Source of the DNA: Holophagales bacterium
GTDB lineage: Bacteria > Acidobacteriota > Thermoanaerobaculia > Multivoradales > Multivoraceae
DNA length: 64,000 nucleotides
Reading direction: 5' to 3'
Assembly (NCBI GenBank): GCA_009837085.1
Contig: VXUF01000158.1
Coordinates: 666-64,665, forward strand
Made by a program: the position numbers and the translations under genes. The notes beneath the pieces were generated by a model. That model was not told the origin of the DNA. It worked only from the letters and a program-made list of their open reading frames with translations, and made no database searches. This document shows positions 11,272-20,367 of the stretch, piece by piece (within the stretch, counting starts at the first letter, position 1; every line of letters begins with the position of its first letter).

Positions 11272-11832
11272 TCAAGGGCGATTCCCAAGCGTACCAATGC
11301 TCTCCGCGCCACCGGCGGCTTCAAGCGCCAGGCCCGCGGTCGTCGTGACCTTCGTGCTTGTCGGGATGTCCTCCGTCACGACGCAGTTCACGCCGATGAA
11401 GACGTCGTCGCCGATCTCGATCTGACCGATCAGGCGACTGCCGGCGCCGACGAAGACGTTGTCGCCGAGGGTCGGCATCTGGTCCAGCCGCCTGCCCGTC
11501 GGGGCGCCGATCGTCACCTGATGCAGCAACGTTCCGTTTCGTCCGATGCGAACGCCGTTGCCGATCACCAGGCCGATGCCGTGGCTGATGAACAGACCAG
11601 GTCCGATGCGCGCCCCCGGCGCGATGTCGACGCTGTTGAGGAACAGCGACAGCCGGGCGACGAAGGGCCCCACAAACGGGATGCGACGGCTCTTGAACCA
11701 GTGGGCGATCCGGTAGAGCACGACGGCCTGGTAGCCGTTCTCGAACAGCAGCGACTCGAGCACGTAGAAGGGGAACGGCTTCGTCTTGATCGCGCGCAGG
11801 CGGCGCGTGTCCTCGCGCAGGTTCTTCAGCAT
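11272..11832 (-). CDS. Serine-acetyltransferase-like hexapeptide-repeat O-acetyltransferase
   Basis: Left-handed beta-helix repeats (IGNGVRIGRNGTLLHQVTIG, VFVGAGSRLIGQIEIGDDVFIGVNCVV) follow a CysE-like N-terminus. ATG 11832 overlaps the GT2 stop (ATGCTGA). Confidence 0.8.
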   Translation of the reverse strand: MLKNLREDTRRLRAIKTKPFPFYVLESLLFENGYQAVVLYRIAHWFKSRRIPFVGPFVARLSLFLNSVDIAPGARIGPGLFISHGIGLVIGNGVRIGRNGTLLHQVTIGAPTGRRLDQMPTLGDNVFVGAGSRLIGQIEIGDDVFIGVNCVVTEDIPTSTKVTTTAGLALEAAGGAESIGTLGNRP

Positions 11833-12761
11833 GCCCGAGCACCCTCGTCGATCCCCGGCGGCGGTTCCATCGGCGCCCGGAGGCCCTCGATCACGCCGCG
11901 GAACTTGGCGATCACGGCGCCCTGGTTGCCGCGGACGAGTTCGCGAAAGAAGGCCAGGAAGAGGCCTGCCGAGAGAAACAGGAGAAACGAGCACCACTGC
12001 GCCGGCCCGCCGTAGCGGCGCACGAACAGCGCGGCGCTGCGGCCGTTGAAGAACGTACGCGAGGCTCGGTAGCCGCCGACGGTCCGCGCCACCATGTGGT
12101 AGAGCACCGCCCGGTGCGCGTAGTAGCAGCGATAGCCGCGCGCCTTCATCCGCATGCACCAGTCGGCGTCGTCCAGCGCGAGGTGGAACAGCGGATCCCA
12201 GAGACCGATCTCCTCGACGACCTGGCGGCGCACCAGCATGGCGCAGCCGTTCACGTAGGGCACTTCCTCGTCGCGGTCGTACTGGCCGCGATCGACCTGG
12301 CCTTCGCCCCGCTCCCGGGTCATCGACTCGCGGAAGCGGATGCGGCCTCCAGCCGACCACAGCCGGTCGCGCTCGCCGTGGTAGAGGATCTTCGGGCCCA
12401 CGCAGCCGATACTCGGGTCGGTCGCGGCCGCCGCGACCAGTTCTTCGACGAAGTCCGGCTCCACCTCGATGTCGTTGTTGAGCAACAGGAGGTAGTCCAC
12501 GCCGCGGTCGACGGCAAGCTCGATCCCCTTGTTCATGCCGTGAACGACGCCCTGGTTCTCCTCGACCCGGATCTGGGTCACGTTCGGGTGAGCGGCCGCG
12601 ACTGCCTCGAACGAGCCGTCGCCGGAACCGTTGTCGATGTGGATCAACTCGCAGGCCGGGTAGGTCATCGCTTCGAGGCTCGCTAACGCCTGCAGCGTGA
12701 TGTCGCGCCCGTTGTAGTTCAGGACGAGGGCTGCAACCGTCGGTACTCGCTCCCCAGGCAC
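11826..12761 (-). CDS. Glycosyltransferase family 2
   Basis: GT-A motifs LVLNYNG, IDNGSGDGS, LLLNNDIEV. GTG 12761 is chosen as start because the upstream part of ORF 11826..13064 has no protein-like character. Confidence 0.85.
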   Translation of the reverse strand: MPGERVPTVAALVLNYNGRDITLQALASLEAMTYPACELIHIDNGSGDGSFEAVAAAHPNVTQIRVEENQGVVHGMNKGIELAVDRGVDYLLLLNNDIEVEPDFVEELVAAAATDPSIGCVGPKILYHGERDRLWSAGGRIRFRESMTRERGEGQVDRGQYDRDEEVPYVNGCAMLVRRQVVEEIGLWDPLFHLALDDADWCMRMKARGYRCYYAHRAVLYHMVARTVGGYRASRTFFNGRSAALFVRRYGGPAQWCSFLLFLSAGLFLAFFRELVRGNQGAVIAKFRGVIEGLRAPMEPPPGIDEGARAC

Positions 12762-12803
12762 GCGGGTCAGCGTAACGCAGAGCCGACGGGTAACATCCGC
12801 GCC

Positions 12804-14354
12804 ATGCGCCGAAGTCGACGCCGGCCTTCCGGCCGGCGCGTTTTCCCAGCCGCCTGCGGCGGCAGCCGGCGGGGACGCCGGCGCACCCAGTATGCGGCCG
12901 GTGACACGCACCGCCTCATTCTCGCCGGCACGCTCGCCCTGCTGGCTGGCGCTGTGCCCGCGGCCGGACAAAGCGACGCCGAACCGCCGTCCGCTGCCAC
13001 ATGGCCGGGCTTCCGCGGACCAGACGGCATTCCCGTTTCGGACAACGACCGGCTGCCGCTCCACTGGTCCACGACCGAGAACGTCGAATGGAGCGTCGAC
13101 GTGCCCGGTTCCGGCTGGTCGTCACCGATCGTCGTCGGCGACACCGTCTTCCTGACCACCGCGGCCAGATCGACCGCAGCGACCAAGCGGCCGGAGTTCG
13201 GCACCGAGTACAGCAACGAGTTCATGCGCGAGCTGCGGGAACAGGGGCTTCCCTGGGAGGAGGTCCTCAAGCGCCACGACGAACGCTTCATCGAGTTTCC
13301 CGACGAAGTCGATCTCGACTACCAGTTGATCGCGTACTCGCTTGAGGACGGCGCCGAACTCTGGCGGCGCACCTTCTTCGCCGGACCGCCACCCGGGGGC
13401 CGCCACTCGAAGAACACCTTCGCCTCCGAGACGCCGGTCACCGACGGCGAGACCATCTTCGTCTAGGTCACCGGGCTCGGCCTGTGGGCCTTCTCGCTCG
13501 AGGGCGAACTGCGCTGGGAGCGACTGCTCGATCCGTTCCAGATCTACATGGACTTCGGGACCGGTGGTTCGCCCGCCCTCACGGACGACCTCGTCGTCAT
13601 CCTGAACGACAACCAGGAGCACCCCTTCCTCGCCGCCTTCTCCAAGCAGGACGGCCGCGAGTTCTGGCGCGCTGCCCGGGGGCGGCTCGCCGCCCCGCAC
13701 GCCCCCAACCACCGAACCTCCTGGAGCACACACTTCGTCTGGCGTCACGACGAGCGCACCGAGATCGTCGCTCTCGGCCCCTACACCGCGATCAGCTACG
13801 ACACGATGGGCCGGGAGCTGTGGCGACTCACCAGGCACTCGCTGCTGCCGGTGCCGACGCCCTTCGCGTACGACGGCCTGCTCTACGTGACGTCGGGCGT
13901 TCACGGAGACCAGAACCGCCCGATCACGGCGATCCGCCCCGGCGCCGCCGGCGATCTCACCCTGGCTGAGGACCAGACGAGCAACGAGTACGTGGTCTGG
14001 AACGACAACCGCGCCGGCACCTACATCCCGACGCCGATTCCCTACAAAGGCTCCCTGTGGGTGGTCTACGACCGCGGCATCTTCGCCCGCTACGACGCGG
14101 CCACCGGGGAACGGCTGTATCGGGCGCGGATCGAGGACTCGAACGGCCACTTCACGACCTCGCCCTGGGCCTACCGGGACCGCATCTTCGCCACCGACGA
14201 GGCCGGCACGACGTTCGTGTTCGGAACCGGCGACGAGTTCGAGCAGCTCCACGCGAATCCGCTGGACGAGATGACCCTCGCTTCTCCGGCGCTTGCCGGC
14301 GACCGGCTGGTGATGCGGACCCGGTCGAAGCTGTACAGCTTCCGGGAGAGGTGA
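12804..14354 (+). pseudogene. PQQ-like (BamB-like) beta-propeller repeat protein interrupted by an in-frame TAG at 13464..13466
   Basis: ORFs 12804..13466 and 13548..14354 share one frame. Translation continues sensibly through the stop (...TDGETIFV*VTGLGLWAFSLEGELRWERLL...). The N-terminal motif WPGFRGPDG...WSSPIVVGDTVFLTTA is typical of this propeller family. The start codon is also doubtful (see findings). Confidence 0.6.
12848..12894. repeat. REP-like double-hairpin element, dispersed copy of the core repeated at 50829..50875 and 50912..50958
   Basis: agccgcctgcggcggCAgccggcggggacgccggcgcacccagtAtg matches the recD-downstream core at 44 of 47 positions. It contains the hairpins gccgcc-tgc-ggcggc and gccggcg-ggga-cgccggc. 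Confidence 0.65.
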
Positions 14355-14380
14355 CGCGCGAAGGGCGCATCCCACCGGCG

Positions 14381-15739
14381 CTACTGGAGCGCCCAGATGT
14401 AGGCCGGCTTCGCCACCACGTCATTCGGCAACTCCGGCGGAATGCCGTCTCGATGGAGGGTGAGCAGGAGCTTGCGCGCGTCAGGAAACGCCTCCCCCGC
14501 CGCCTCGAGAGCCCGCACCTCCCGTTCAGCGGTCACCGGGTCCGATGCGTCGGCGCAAACCTGAATGAGCTCGCGACGCCCGTCGGCGGAGCGAACGAGG
14601 AAGTCAACTTCGTATCCCTTTCGAGTGCGCACGTAGGTCACGTCGAGCCGCCTGCGTTCGAGTTCGACCAGAACGGCTGTTTCGAGGGCATGGCCCACGT
14701 TCGCACGCCCCGTGCGATCGAAGAGCGGAATCAGACCCGTATCGACGGGGTACACCTTGCGCGGATTGACCATGCGCTGCCGTTCCGAGCCCGACTCCAT
14801 CCACACCACACGGACGAGAAAGCAGTCCTCCAGGTAACCGAGAAACCGATGTACCGTGTCCCGCGCGATCGCAAGTCCCTGAGACTTGACCACGGCGTGG
14901 AACTTCTCGACACTGAAGAGGCCGCCGGCATTCCCGAGTAACTGCCGAACGAGCCACCGCAACCCGGTGACGTTGCTGACGCTGTGGCGTTCCACGACGT
15001 CCCGGAGGATGGCGACGTCCACATAGTCCCTCAACAACTGCTGCCGTGAGAGTGCGTCGAGGCTCTGCGCCTCAGGGAAGCCGCCAGTGCCGAGCCAGGC
15101 CGAAAAGGCTCGCTCCAACTGCAACCGCTCTTGGCGCGCCAAGCTCTCCGTTTCGCCCGGCACTGGCAAGCCCTGGTGGCGAAGAGCCTCCTCGAAGCCG
15201 AACGGATGGATCAGCACTTGCCACGCGCGACCGCGAAGCGCCGTGGCAATCTCCCGGGACAGCAGCGCGGCCGACGATCCCGAAACGAACACTTCCACGT
15301 TCCGGGTGTCGAGCAACCGTCTCACGAAGCGCTCCCAGCCCGGCACGAGGTGGACTTCGTCAAAGCACCACATGGTCGCGGTGTCCAGTCCCGGCGGCGC
15401 TAGCCGGTCGTACTCGTTGAGAAGAAGGTCAAGGTGTCTCGTCTCCAGACCCGTCAGCCGGTCATCCTCGAACGACAGATAGGGCGCATGGAGCGGCACC
15501 TCCCCTTCGGGCGTCCTCTCCCTCCTGAGCTGGTGAAGGAACGTGGTCTTGCCGGACCTCCGCATCCCCACCACCGCCGTTACCTTGCCGGCAAACCGAA
15601 TGCGCCCCGGCACTTGCCGGGGGGTGTGAGCAGGGAGCGCGTTCCGCAGCGACTCGGAGAGTAGTTCCGAGAGGACCTGTCGGAGCTGAGTTGGCACGGA
15701 CTCCACAGTTTTCTCCCTACAGAAGGGAGAATATGCCAC
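14381..15739 (-). CDS. AAA-family ATPase with DUF4143-type C-terminal domain
   Basis: Walker A GMRRSGKTTFL, Walker B-like WCFDEVH, 452 aa. GTG 15739 is preceded by AAGGAG at ideal spacing. Confidence 0.8.
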   Translation of the reverse strand: MAYSPFCREKTVESVPTQLRQVLSELLSESLRNALPAHTPRQVPGRIRFAGKVTAVVGMRRSGKTTFLHQLRRERTPEGEVPLHAPYLSFEDDRLTGLETRHLDLLLNEYDRLAPPGLDTATMWCFDEVHLVPGWERFVRRLLDTRNVEVFVSGSSAALLSREIATALRGRAWQVLIHPFGFEEALRHQGLPVPGETESLARQERLQLERAFSAWLGTGGFPEAQSLDALSRQQLLRDYVDVAILRDVVERHSVSNVTGLRWLVRQLLGNAGGLFSVEKFHAVVKSQGLAIARDTVHRFLGYLEDCFLVRVVWMESGSERQRMVNPRKVYPVDTGLIPLFDRTGRANVGHALETAVLVELERRRLDVTYVRTRKGYEVDFLVRSADGRRELIQVCADASDPVTAEREVRALEAAGEAFPDARKLLLTLHRDGIPPELPNDVVAKPAYIWALQ

Positions 15740-15764
15740 ATATTTCTCCTTCTCACAAGGAGAA
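15704..15764 (-). promoter_or_regulatory. Two near-identical 8-bp hairpins, each holding a Shine-Dalgarno sequence 4 nt upstream of an in-frame GTG (15739 and 15706)
   Basis: Plus strand ttctccct-acaga-agggagaa (15711..15731) and ttctcctt-ctcac-aaggagaa (15744..15764). The palindrome aatatg-cca-catatt between them covers GTG 15739. Confidence 0.5.
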
Positions 15765-15792
15765 CTGGGTTGTCGCCGAGTCGGACGCGACG

Positions 15793-16536
15793 CTAGCGGA
15801 CGGGATGCAGATCGAGTTCCAGGCGGTCGAAGAACTCAATGCGATTCGGCATCGTCGCCTGGATCGTCCCGGCCATGTCGCGGGAGATCCGCTCCCGGCG
15901 GTGCCGGAGGGCGAAGAACGGTCCGAAGCTCTCGGCGACGTCCTCCCGGCCGGGATGGTCACGAGCGTAGTCGGAGATGAAGCCGCCGTCCGCTTCCTGC
16001 GCGGCGAGCCACCCGTCGGCCGCCGCATGGACCGGATCCAGGGAGGTGTGCGCGGCCTCGTGCATCAGGATCTCTTCGAGGACACCGTCGCGCAGGTACT
16101 CCGCTGCCTTGCCCGTGTGGATCAGGATGTTGTCGTTGCCGCCGCCGAAGGGCTGGTCGCCCCGGTGGATCCACACGGTTTCGACCCTGGTTCGCAGGCC
16201 CGCCGGTAGCTGTCCGATCGCCCGGGCGTAGAAGGCCGCGTGGCGCTCGGCGGTGGCGGCATCGCCGAACTCCGCGTTGACCTGGACCTCTACGACCATC
16301 GCGCCCTCGAAGGTGGCGTCGAACAGGTAGGCATCGGTCGACACGAAGGCGTCCACGCGCCGGTCGAACATCCTGCGGGTGTCCAGCCCCTTGTAGTCGA
16401 GACTCCGCAGGGTCGACGGATCGGACGCGACGATGAGATCGGGATCGATGAAGGCGGTGCCCCGAAAGGGCGGCTTCTGCAGCACGGGTTCCGGCGTGGC
16501 GCACGCGAGGCCGAACAACAGAACGGTGGCAGGCAT
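15793..16536 (-). CDS. Putative lipoprotein with a single HExxH motif (possible zinc metallopeptidase), family not recognised
   Basis: ATG 16536 gives MPATVLLFGLAC (lipobox). One HEAAH motif. 247 aa. Confidence 0.45.
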   Translation of the reverse strand: MPATVLLFGLACATPEPVLQKPPFRGTAFIDPDLIVASDPSTLRSLDYKGLDTRRMFDRRVDAFVSTDAYLFDATFEGAMVVEVQVNAEFGDAATAERHAAFYARAIGQLPAGLRTRVETVWIHRGDQPFGGGNDNILIHTGKAAEYLRDGVLEEILMHEAAHTSLDPVHAAADGWLAAQEADGGFISDYARDHPGREDVAESFGPFFALRHRRERISRDMAGTIQATMPNRIEFFDRLELDLHPVR

Positions 16537-16577
16537 GGAGCCTTGTCGCAACCGGAACACGGCGGCTGACCCGACGG

Positions 16578-17807
16578 CTACACGATCCGGACTTCCGGCA
16601 CCGGCAGGATGAACCTGCCGCCCCGGCGGCGGAACTCTGCCTGCTGGGCCAGGATCTCCTCTTCGAAGTTCCAAGCCAGGAGCAGCACGTGGTCGGGCGA
16701 CGGGTCCTCCAGGAGCCGCGCCGGCGCGACGATCGGGATGTGGGAGCCCGGGGTGTAGCGACCCTGCTTGAGCGGGCTCCGGTCGGCGATGAAGTCGAGC
16801 GTTCCCGGGCCGACACCGAAGTACTCGAGCAGCGTGCTGCCCTTGGCGGGAGCGCCATAGCCAGCGAGACGACGGCCGTCCGCCTTGAGGCCGCTGAGGC
16901 AGTCCATGACCTCCGCCTTCAACCCGCCCACCCGCTCGGCGAACGTGCGCCAGGTGTCGACGCGGTCGATGCCGAACTGCTTCTCGACGGCCAGGACATC
17001 GTCCACGCTTCGGTCCACTTCGCCCTCGCCGCGCCGCATCACGGTCGCCCGGAGTTGGCCATGATGAATCGGCAGCCGTTCCGCCCGCACGACCTCCATG
17101 CCGTGGTCTTCGAAGAGCCGCATCATCGGGTCCAGCGCCCAGTAGGAGACGTGCTCGTGGTAGACGGTGTCGAACGCTACCTGGTCGAGCAGATCGACCA
17201 GGTAGTGCGCTTCGAGCACGAAGGCGCCGCCGGGAGCCAAGACCGCGTCGAGGCCGGCGACGAAGCCCGAGAGGTCGGGGATGTGCGGGAACGTGTTCGT
17301 GGCGGTCACCAGGGCCGCCCGACCCCAGCGGTCGGTGATCTCGCCGGCGGTGTCCGCGCCGAAGAAGCCCCGGTAGCGCTCGATCCCGGTGTCGCGGCTG
17401 AACTCGGCCAGGTTCTCGGCCGGGTCGACGCCCAGGGTCCTGGCGCCGCGGTCGCGGAAGCAGCAGAGGAGCGAAGCGTCGTTGCAGCCGATGTCGATGA
17501 CGAGGCCGCCGTCGGCGAGGCCATGCCTGGCAGTGAGCGTGGCCGCCAGGTCGTCGAAGTGGGCTCTCAGCGTGTCCGAGGCGGACGACACGTAGAGGTA
17601 GTCCGTGAACATCGCGGCCGGCGGCACGCGCTCGACGAGCTGGACGTGGCCACAGCCGTGGCAGAAACCTACGCGCAGCGGGAAGCGCGGTTCGGGGCGG
17701 CTCAGGTCTTCAGCGCTGGGGAACTTGTTGGCGAGCGCGGTGCTGCCGAGGTCGAGGAATGTCTCCACCGACCGCCCGGCGCAGACCAGGCAGGCCGACT
17801 CAGCCAT
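16578..17807 (-). CDS. NDP-sugar C-methyltransferase (TylCIII-like class I SAM methyltransferase with N-terminal zinc ribbon)
   Basis: Cys4 pattern CLVCAG...CHGCGHVQL, then SAM fold DIGCNDASLL and the C-terminal domain typical of sugar C-methyltransferases. ATG 17807 overlaps the kinase gene by 8 nt. Confidence 0.8.
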   Translation of the reverse strand: MAESACLVCAGRSVETFLDLGSTALANKFPSAEDLSRPEPRFPLRVGFCHGCGHVQLVERVPPAAMFTDYLYVSSASDTLRAHFDDLAATLTARHGLADGGLVIDIGCNDASLLCCFRDRGARTLGVDPAENLAEFSRDTGIERYRGFFGADTAGEITDRWGRAALVTATNTFPHIPDLSGFVAGLDAVLAPGGAFVLEAHYLVDLLDQVAFDTVYHEHVSYWALDPMMRLFEDHGMEVVRAERLPIHHGQLRATVMRRGEGEVDRSVDDVLAVEKQFGIDRVDTWRTFAERVGGLKAEVMDCLSGLKADGRRLAGYGAPAKGSTLLEYFGVGPGTLDFIADRSPLKQGRYTPGSHIPIVAPARLLEDPSPDHVLLLAWNFEEEILAQQAEFRRRGGRFILPVPEVRIV

Positions 17808-18807
17808 GGTGGAACGGGGCGACGAGCTGCGAGCCGTGAGACTCGTGGCCGACGGGCAACTCGTACAGGTCGCCAAGCGCCGCGCGGACCGCCGCCTGCC
17901 GATCGGGCGGCACGACGAACAGCAGGAACCCGCCGCCGCCGGCGCCGCAGAGCTTGCCTCCCAGGGCGCCGGCCGCGATGGCCGCGTCGTACCAACCGTC
18001 GATCAGCGGCGTCGTGATCGATCCCGCGAGCTCCCGCTTCATCCGCCAGCCCTCGTCGAGGAGCCGGCCGATGCCCTCGACGTCGACATCGCCGGCGCCG
18101 AGATCCCGGTGCAGGTCGCTCGCCTGGTCCCGCATCCTGCGCAGCGATTCCAGGTTCAGGTCCGTTCGGTCGTCCTGTTCCGTGAGCACCGCGCTCGCGT
18201 CGCGCTGGTGTCCGGTCCAGAACATGAGCACCGAACGGAACAGCTCGCGCAGCCGGTCGCCGGGGATCCGCAAGTGCTCGACGGTCACGCCGCCGTCCCG
18301 CTTGAACGACAGCAGGTTGAGTCCGCCATAGGCCGCCGCGTACTGATCCTGCTTGCCGATCCGCGCACCCAGCACGTCGATCTCGATGTGACAGGCCTCT
18401 TCCGCCAACTGCCCCGCCGAGGCGCGTTCGCCCTTGTAAGAGTGGAGAGCGTTCAGCAGGCCGACGGCGAAGGCGCTCGAGCCGCCGAGGCCAGTGGACG
18501 CCGGCACGTCGCCGACCGTCGAGATGTAGACCGGCGGGTCGACACCCACGAACCGCAGGCACTCGCGCGCGATGTTGTTGTCCAGTTCGTCGATCCGCTC
18601 GACCTGCTCGCTCCGCGAGTAGTTCACGCGGACCGGCTCGAAGAACAGCTCGCTGTGCCGCTTCACCGTGACGTAGACGTAGCGGTCGATCGTCGTCGAG
18701 AGCACGGCGCCACCCTCGCGCCGGTAGAACGCCGGCAGGTCGGTGCCACCGCCCACCAGGGACACCCGCAACGGCGTACGGGTCACGATCAGGCGCGATG
18801 CGTCCAC
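17800..18807 (-). CDS. hddA: GHMP kinase, D-glycero-D-manno-heptose 7-phosphate kinase (HddA)-like
   Basis: N-terminus LIVTRTPLRVSLVGGGTDLPAFY and GHMP motif PASTGLGGSSAFAVGL. GTG 18807 is chosen because the longer ORF would overlap the cupin gene. Confidence 0.8.
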   Translation of the reverse strand: MDASRLIVTRTPLRVSLVGGGTDLPAFYRREGGAVLSTTIDRYVYVTVKRHSELFFEPVRVNYSRSEQVERIDELDNNIARECLRFVGVDPPVYISTVGDVPASTGLGGSSAFAVGLLNALHSYKGERASAGQLAEEACHIEIDVLGARIGKQDQYAAAYGGLNLLSFKRDGGVTVEHLRIPGDRLRELFRSVLMFWTGHQRDASAVLTEQDDRTDLNLESLRRMRDQASDLHRDLGAGDVDVEGIGRLLDEGWRMKRELAGSITTPLIDGWYDAAIAAGALGGKLCGAGGGGFLLFVVPPDRQAAVRAALGDLYELPVGHESHGSQLVAPFHHG

Positions 18808-18829
18808 GTCAGCGAGGGTTCCAGCCGAC

Positions 18830-19279
18830 TCAGCCGTGCTGGAGGTCCCAGTCGTAGGGGATCCGGTCGCTGAACGGATCGAGCCGCTCCATCTCGTCGG
18901 GGTCGTGCGGCTCGGTGGCGGCATTCGCCATGATGACCTGCCTGTCGCCATACGCCTTGTAGCCGTTCGCGATCCCCGGCGGGATCTGGACCAGGACGTA
19001 GTTGTCCTCGCCGAAGAAGACTTCCTGGAGTTCGCCGTGGGTGGGCGAGTCCTCGCGCAGGTCGTACATCACGAGCTTGGCCCGGCCGCTGACCACCGCG
19101 TTGTTGACGGTCATCGACCGGTGGATGTGCCAGGCCTTGATCGTCCCCGGCCAGGCGGTCGAGAAGTAGATCTCGCCGAAGCCGAGGAAATGCTCGTCCG
19201 TGGCCTTCAGCATGTGCATGATCTTGCCCCGCTCGTCGACGATCTGACGAAGCGGAACCACCTTGACGCCGTGGATCAT
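18830..19279 (-). CDS. Small RmlC-like cupin (dTDP-4-dehydrorhamnose 3,5-epimerase-related sugar epimerase/isomerase)
   Basis: 149 aa with [25 protein letters not shown]. Strong SD GGAGGAGAAGGG. ATG 19279 overlaps the SDR stop (ATGA). Confidence 0.7.
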   Translation of the reverse strand: MIHGVKVVPLRQIVDERGKIMHMLKATDEHFLGFGEIYFSTAWPGTIKAWHIHRSMTVNNAVVSGRAKLVMYDLREDSPTHGELQEVFFGEDNYVLVQIPPGIANGYKAYGDRQVIMANAATEPHDPDEMERLDPFSDRIPYDWDLQHG

Positions 19280-20367
19280 CCCTTCTCCTCCGGGTTTGCT
19301 GCCTCCGGGTGTGCCTCGCCGGCGCCGGCCTTCCAGCGCAACGACCGGTCCAGCCGTCCCGAATCGAGCAGCCGGTTGAGCCAGCGCAACCGCACGAAGC
19401 GCGCGTCGCCGTAGAGCGCCGCATCGAGGCCGACGCGGCGATAGCCCTCGATCAGCTGCTTCGCACCGCCGGCAGCGTCGCGGAACTCGAAGTCCGGGAA
19501 GGCGCTGGCGAACTTCTCGAACGAAGCGCGGTAGGTGCGCTGGTCGGCGCCGCGCTCGCCTCGCACCTCGATCTCGCAGCCGGGCACGAGATCGGCCGCG
19601 ATCTCCGCGAGTTCGATGACGCGGTGGTTCAGGTGGTCGGCGCCGGTGTTGAAGGCCTCGTTGTGAATCAGCGCGAGCGGCGCTTCGAGGACACGGTGGA
19701 AAGCCGCCGCCACGTCCTCCACGTGGACGACCGGCCGCCACGGCTTGCCGTCGCCGTAGACGACGACTCGCCGGTTTGCGAAGGCCGCTCCGGTCAGGTC
19801 GTTGAGCACCGTGTCGAAACGCATTCGCGGCGACAGACCGTACACGGTGCCGTTGCGCAGGAAGGTAGGCGAGAAACCGTCAGTAGCGAGATCGCGGATC
19901 GCTCCTTCGCTCCGGACCTTCGAGCGGGCGTAGAGGGTCCGCGGGTCGAGCGGCGAGGTTTCGTCCACTGTTTCCGTGGTCGATTGGCCGTACATGATGC
20001 ACGAAGACGAGAACAGGAAGCGGCGCACATCGGCTTCGCGCGCCAGCTCGGCCAGACGCACGGAAGAACGGTGGTTGATCTCCTCGGTCCAGGTCTCGTC
20101 CAGGTTGCCGATCGGGTCGTTCGAGAGCGCGGCGAGATGGATCACCGCGTAGAACGCGCGCAGGTCGCCCGGCTCCAGGTCCCGGATGTCCTTGCGGATC
20201 GACGGAATCGGCACCGGGTCCGCCGTGATCGTGCAGTCGTCGAAGTAGCCCGTATCGAGCCCAACGACGTCGTAGCCGCGCTCCACCAGATACGGCGCCA
20301 TGACCGAGCCGAGATAGCCGCGATGCCCCGTGATCAGGACCGGGCGGCGCACGAAGGCGGTGCTCAT
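19276..20367 (-). CDS. NAD-dependent sugar epimerase/dehydratase (extended SDR)
   Basis: Rossmann motif [10 protein letters not shown] and catalytic YARSK, 363 aa. ATG 20367 overlaps the upstream stop (ATGA). Confidence 0.85.
   Translation of the reverse strand: MSTAFVRRPVLITGHRGYLGSVMAPYLVERGYDVVGLDTGYFDDCTITADPVPIPSIRKDIRDLEPGDLRAFYAVIHLAALSNDPIGNLDETWTEEINHRSSVRLAELAREADVRRFLFSSSCIMYGQSTTETVDETSPLDPRTLYARSKVRSEGAIRDLATDGFSPTFLRNGTVYGLSPRMRFDTVLNDLTGAAFANRRVVVYGDGKPWRPVVHVEDVAAAFHRVLEAPLALIHNEAFNTGADHLNHRVIELAEIAADLVPGCEIEVRGERGADQRTYRASFEKFASAFPDFEFRDAAGGAKQLIEGYRRVGLDAALYGDARFVRLRWLNRLLDSGRLDRSLRWKAGAGEAHPEAANPEEKG

Noticed and set aside
13464-13466. Genome-wide TAG reassignment or pyrrolysine as an explanation for the in-frame TAG
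   Set aside because: TAG is used as the terminator of several intact genes in this window (recD, the membrane protein ending at 33431, the LpxL-like gene). No pyl genes are seen.
14381-16536. DUF4143 ATPase plus HExxH lipoprotein as a possible defence or novel two-gene system
   Set aside because: DUF4143 ATPases are widespread solitary genes. No nuclease, methylase or other effector partner is adjacent. The lipoprotein gene is separated by a structured leader and looks independent. Only the leader structure is reported as a finding.
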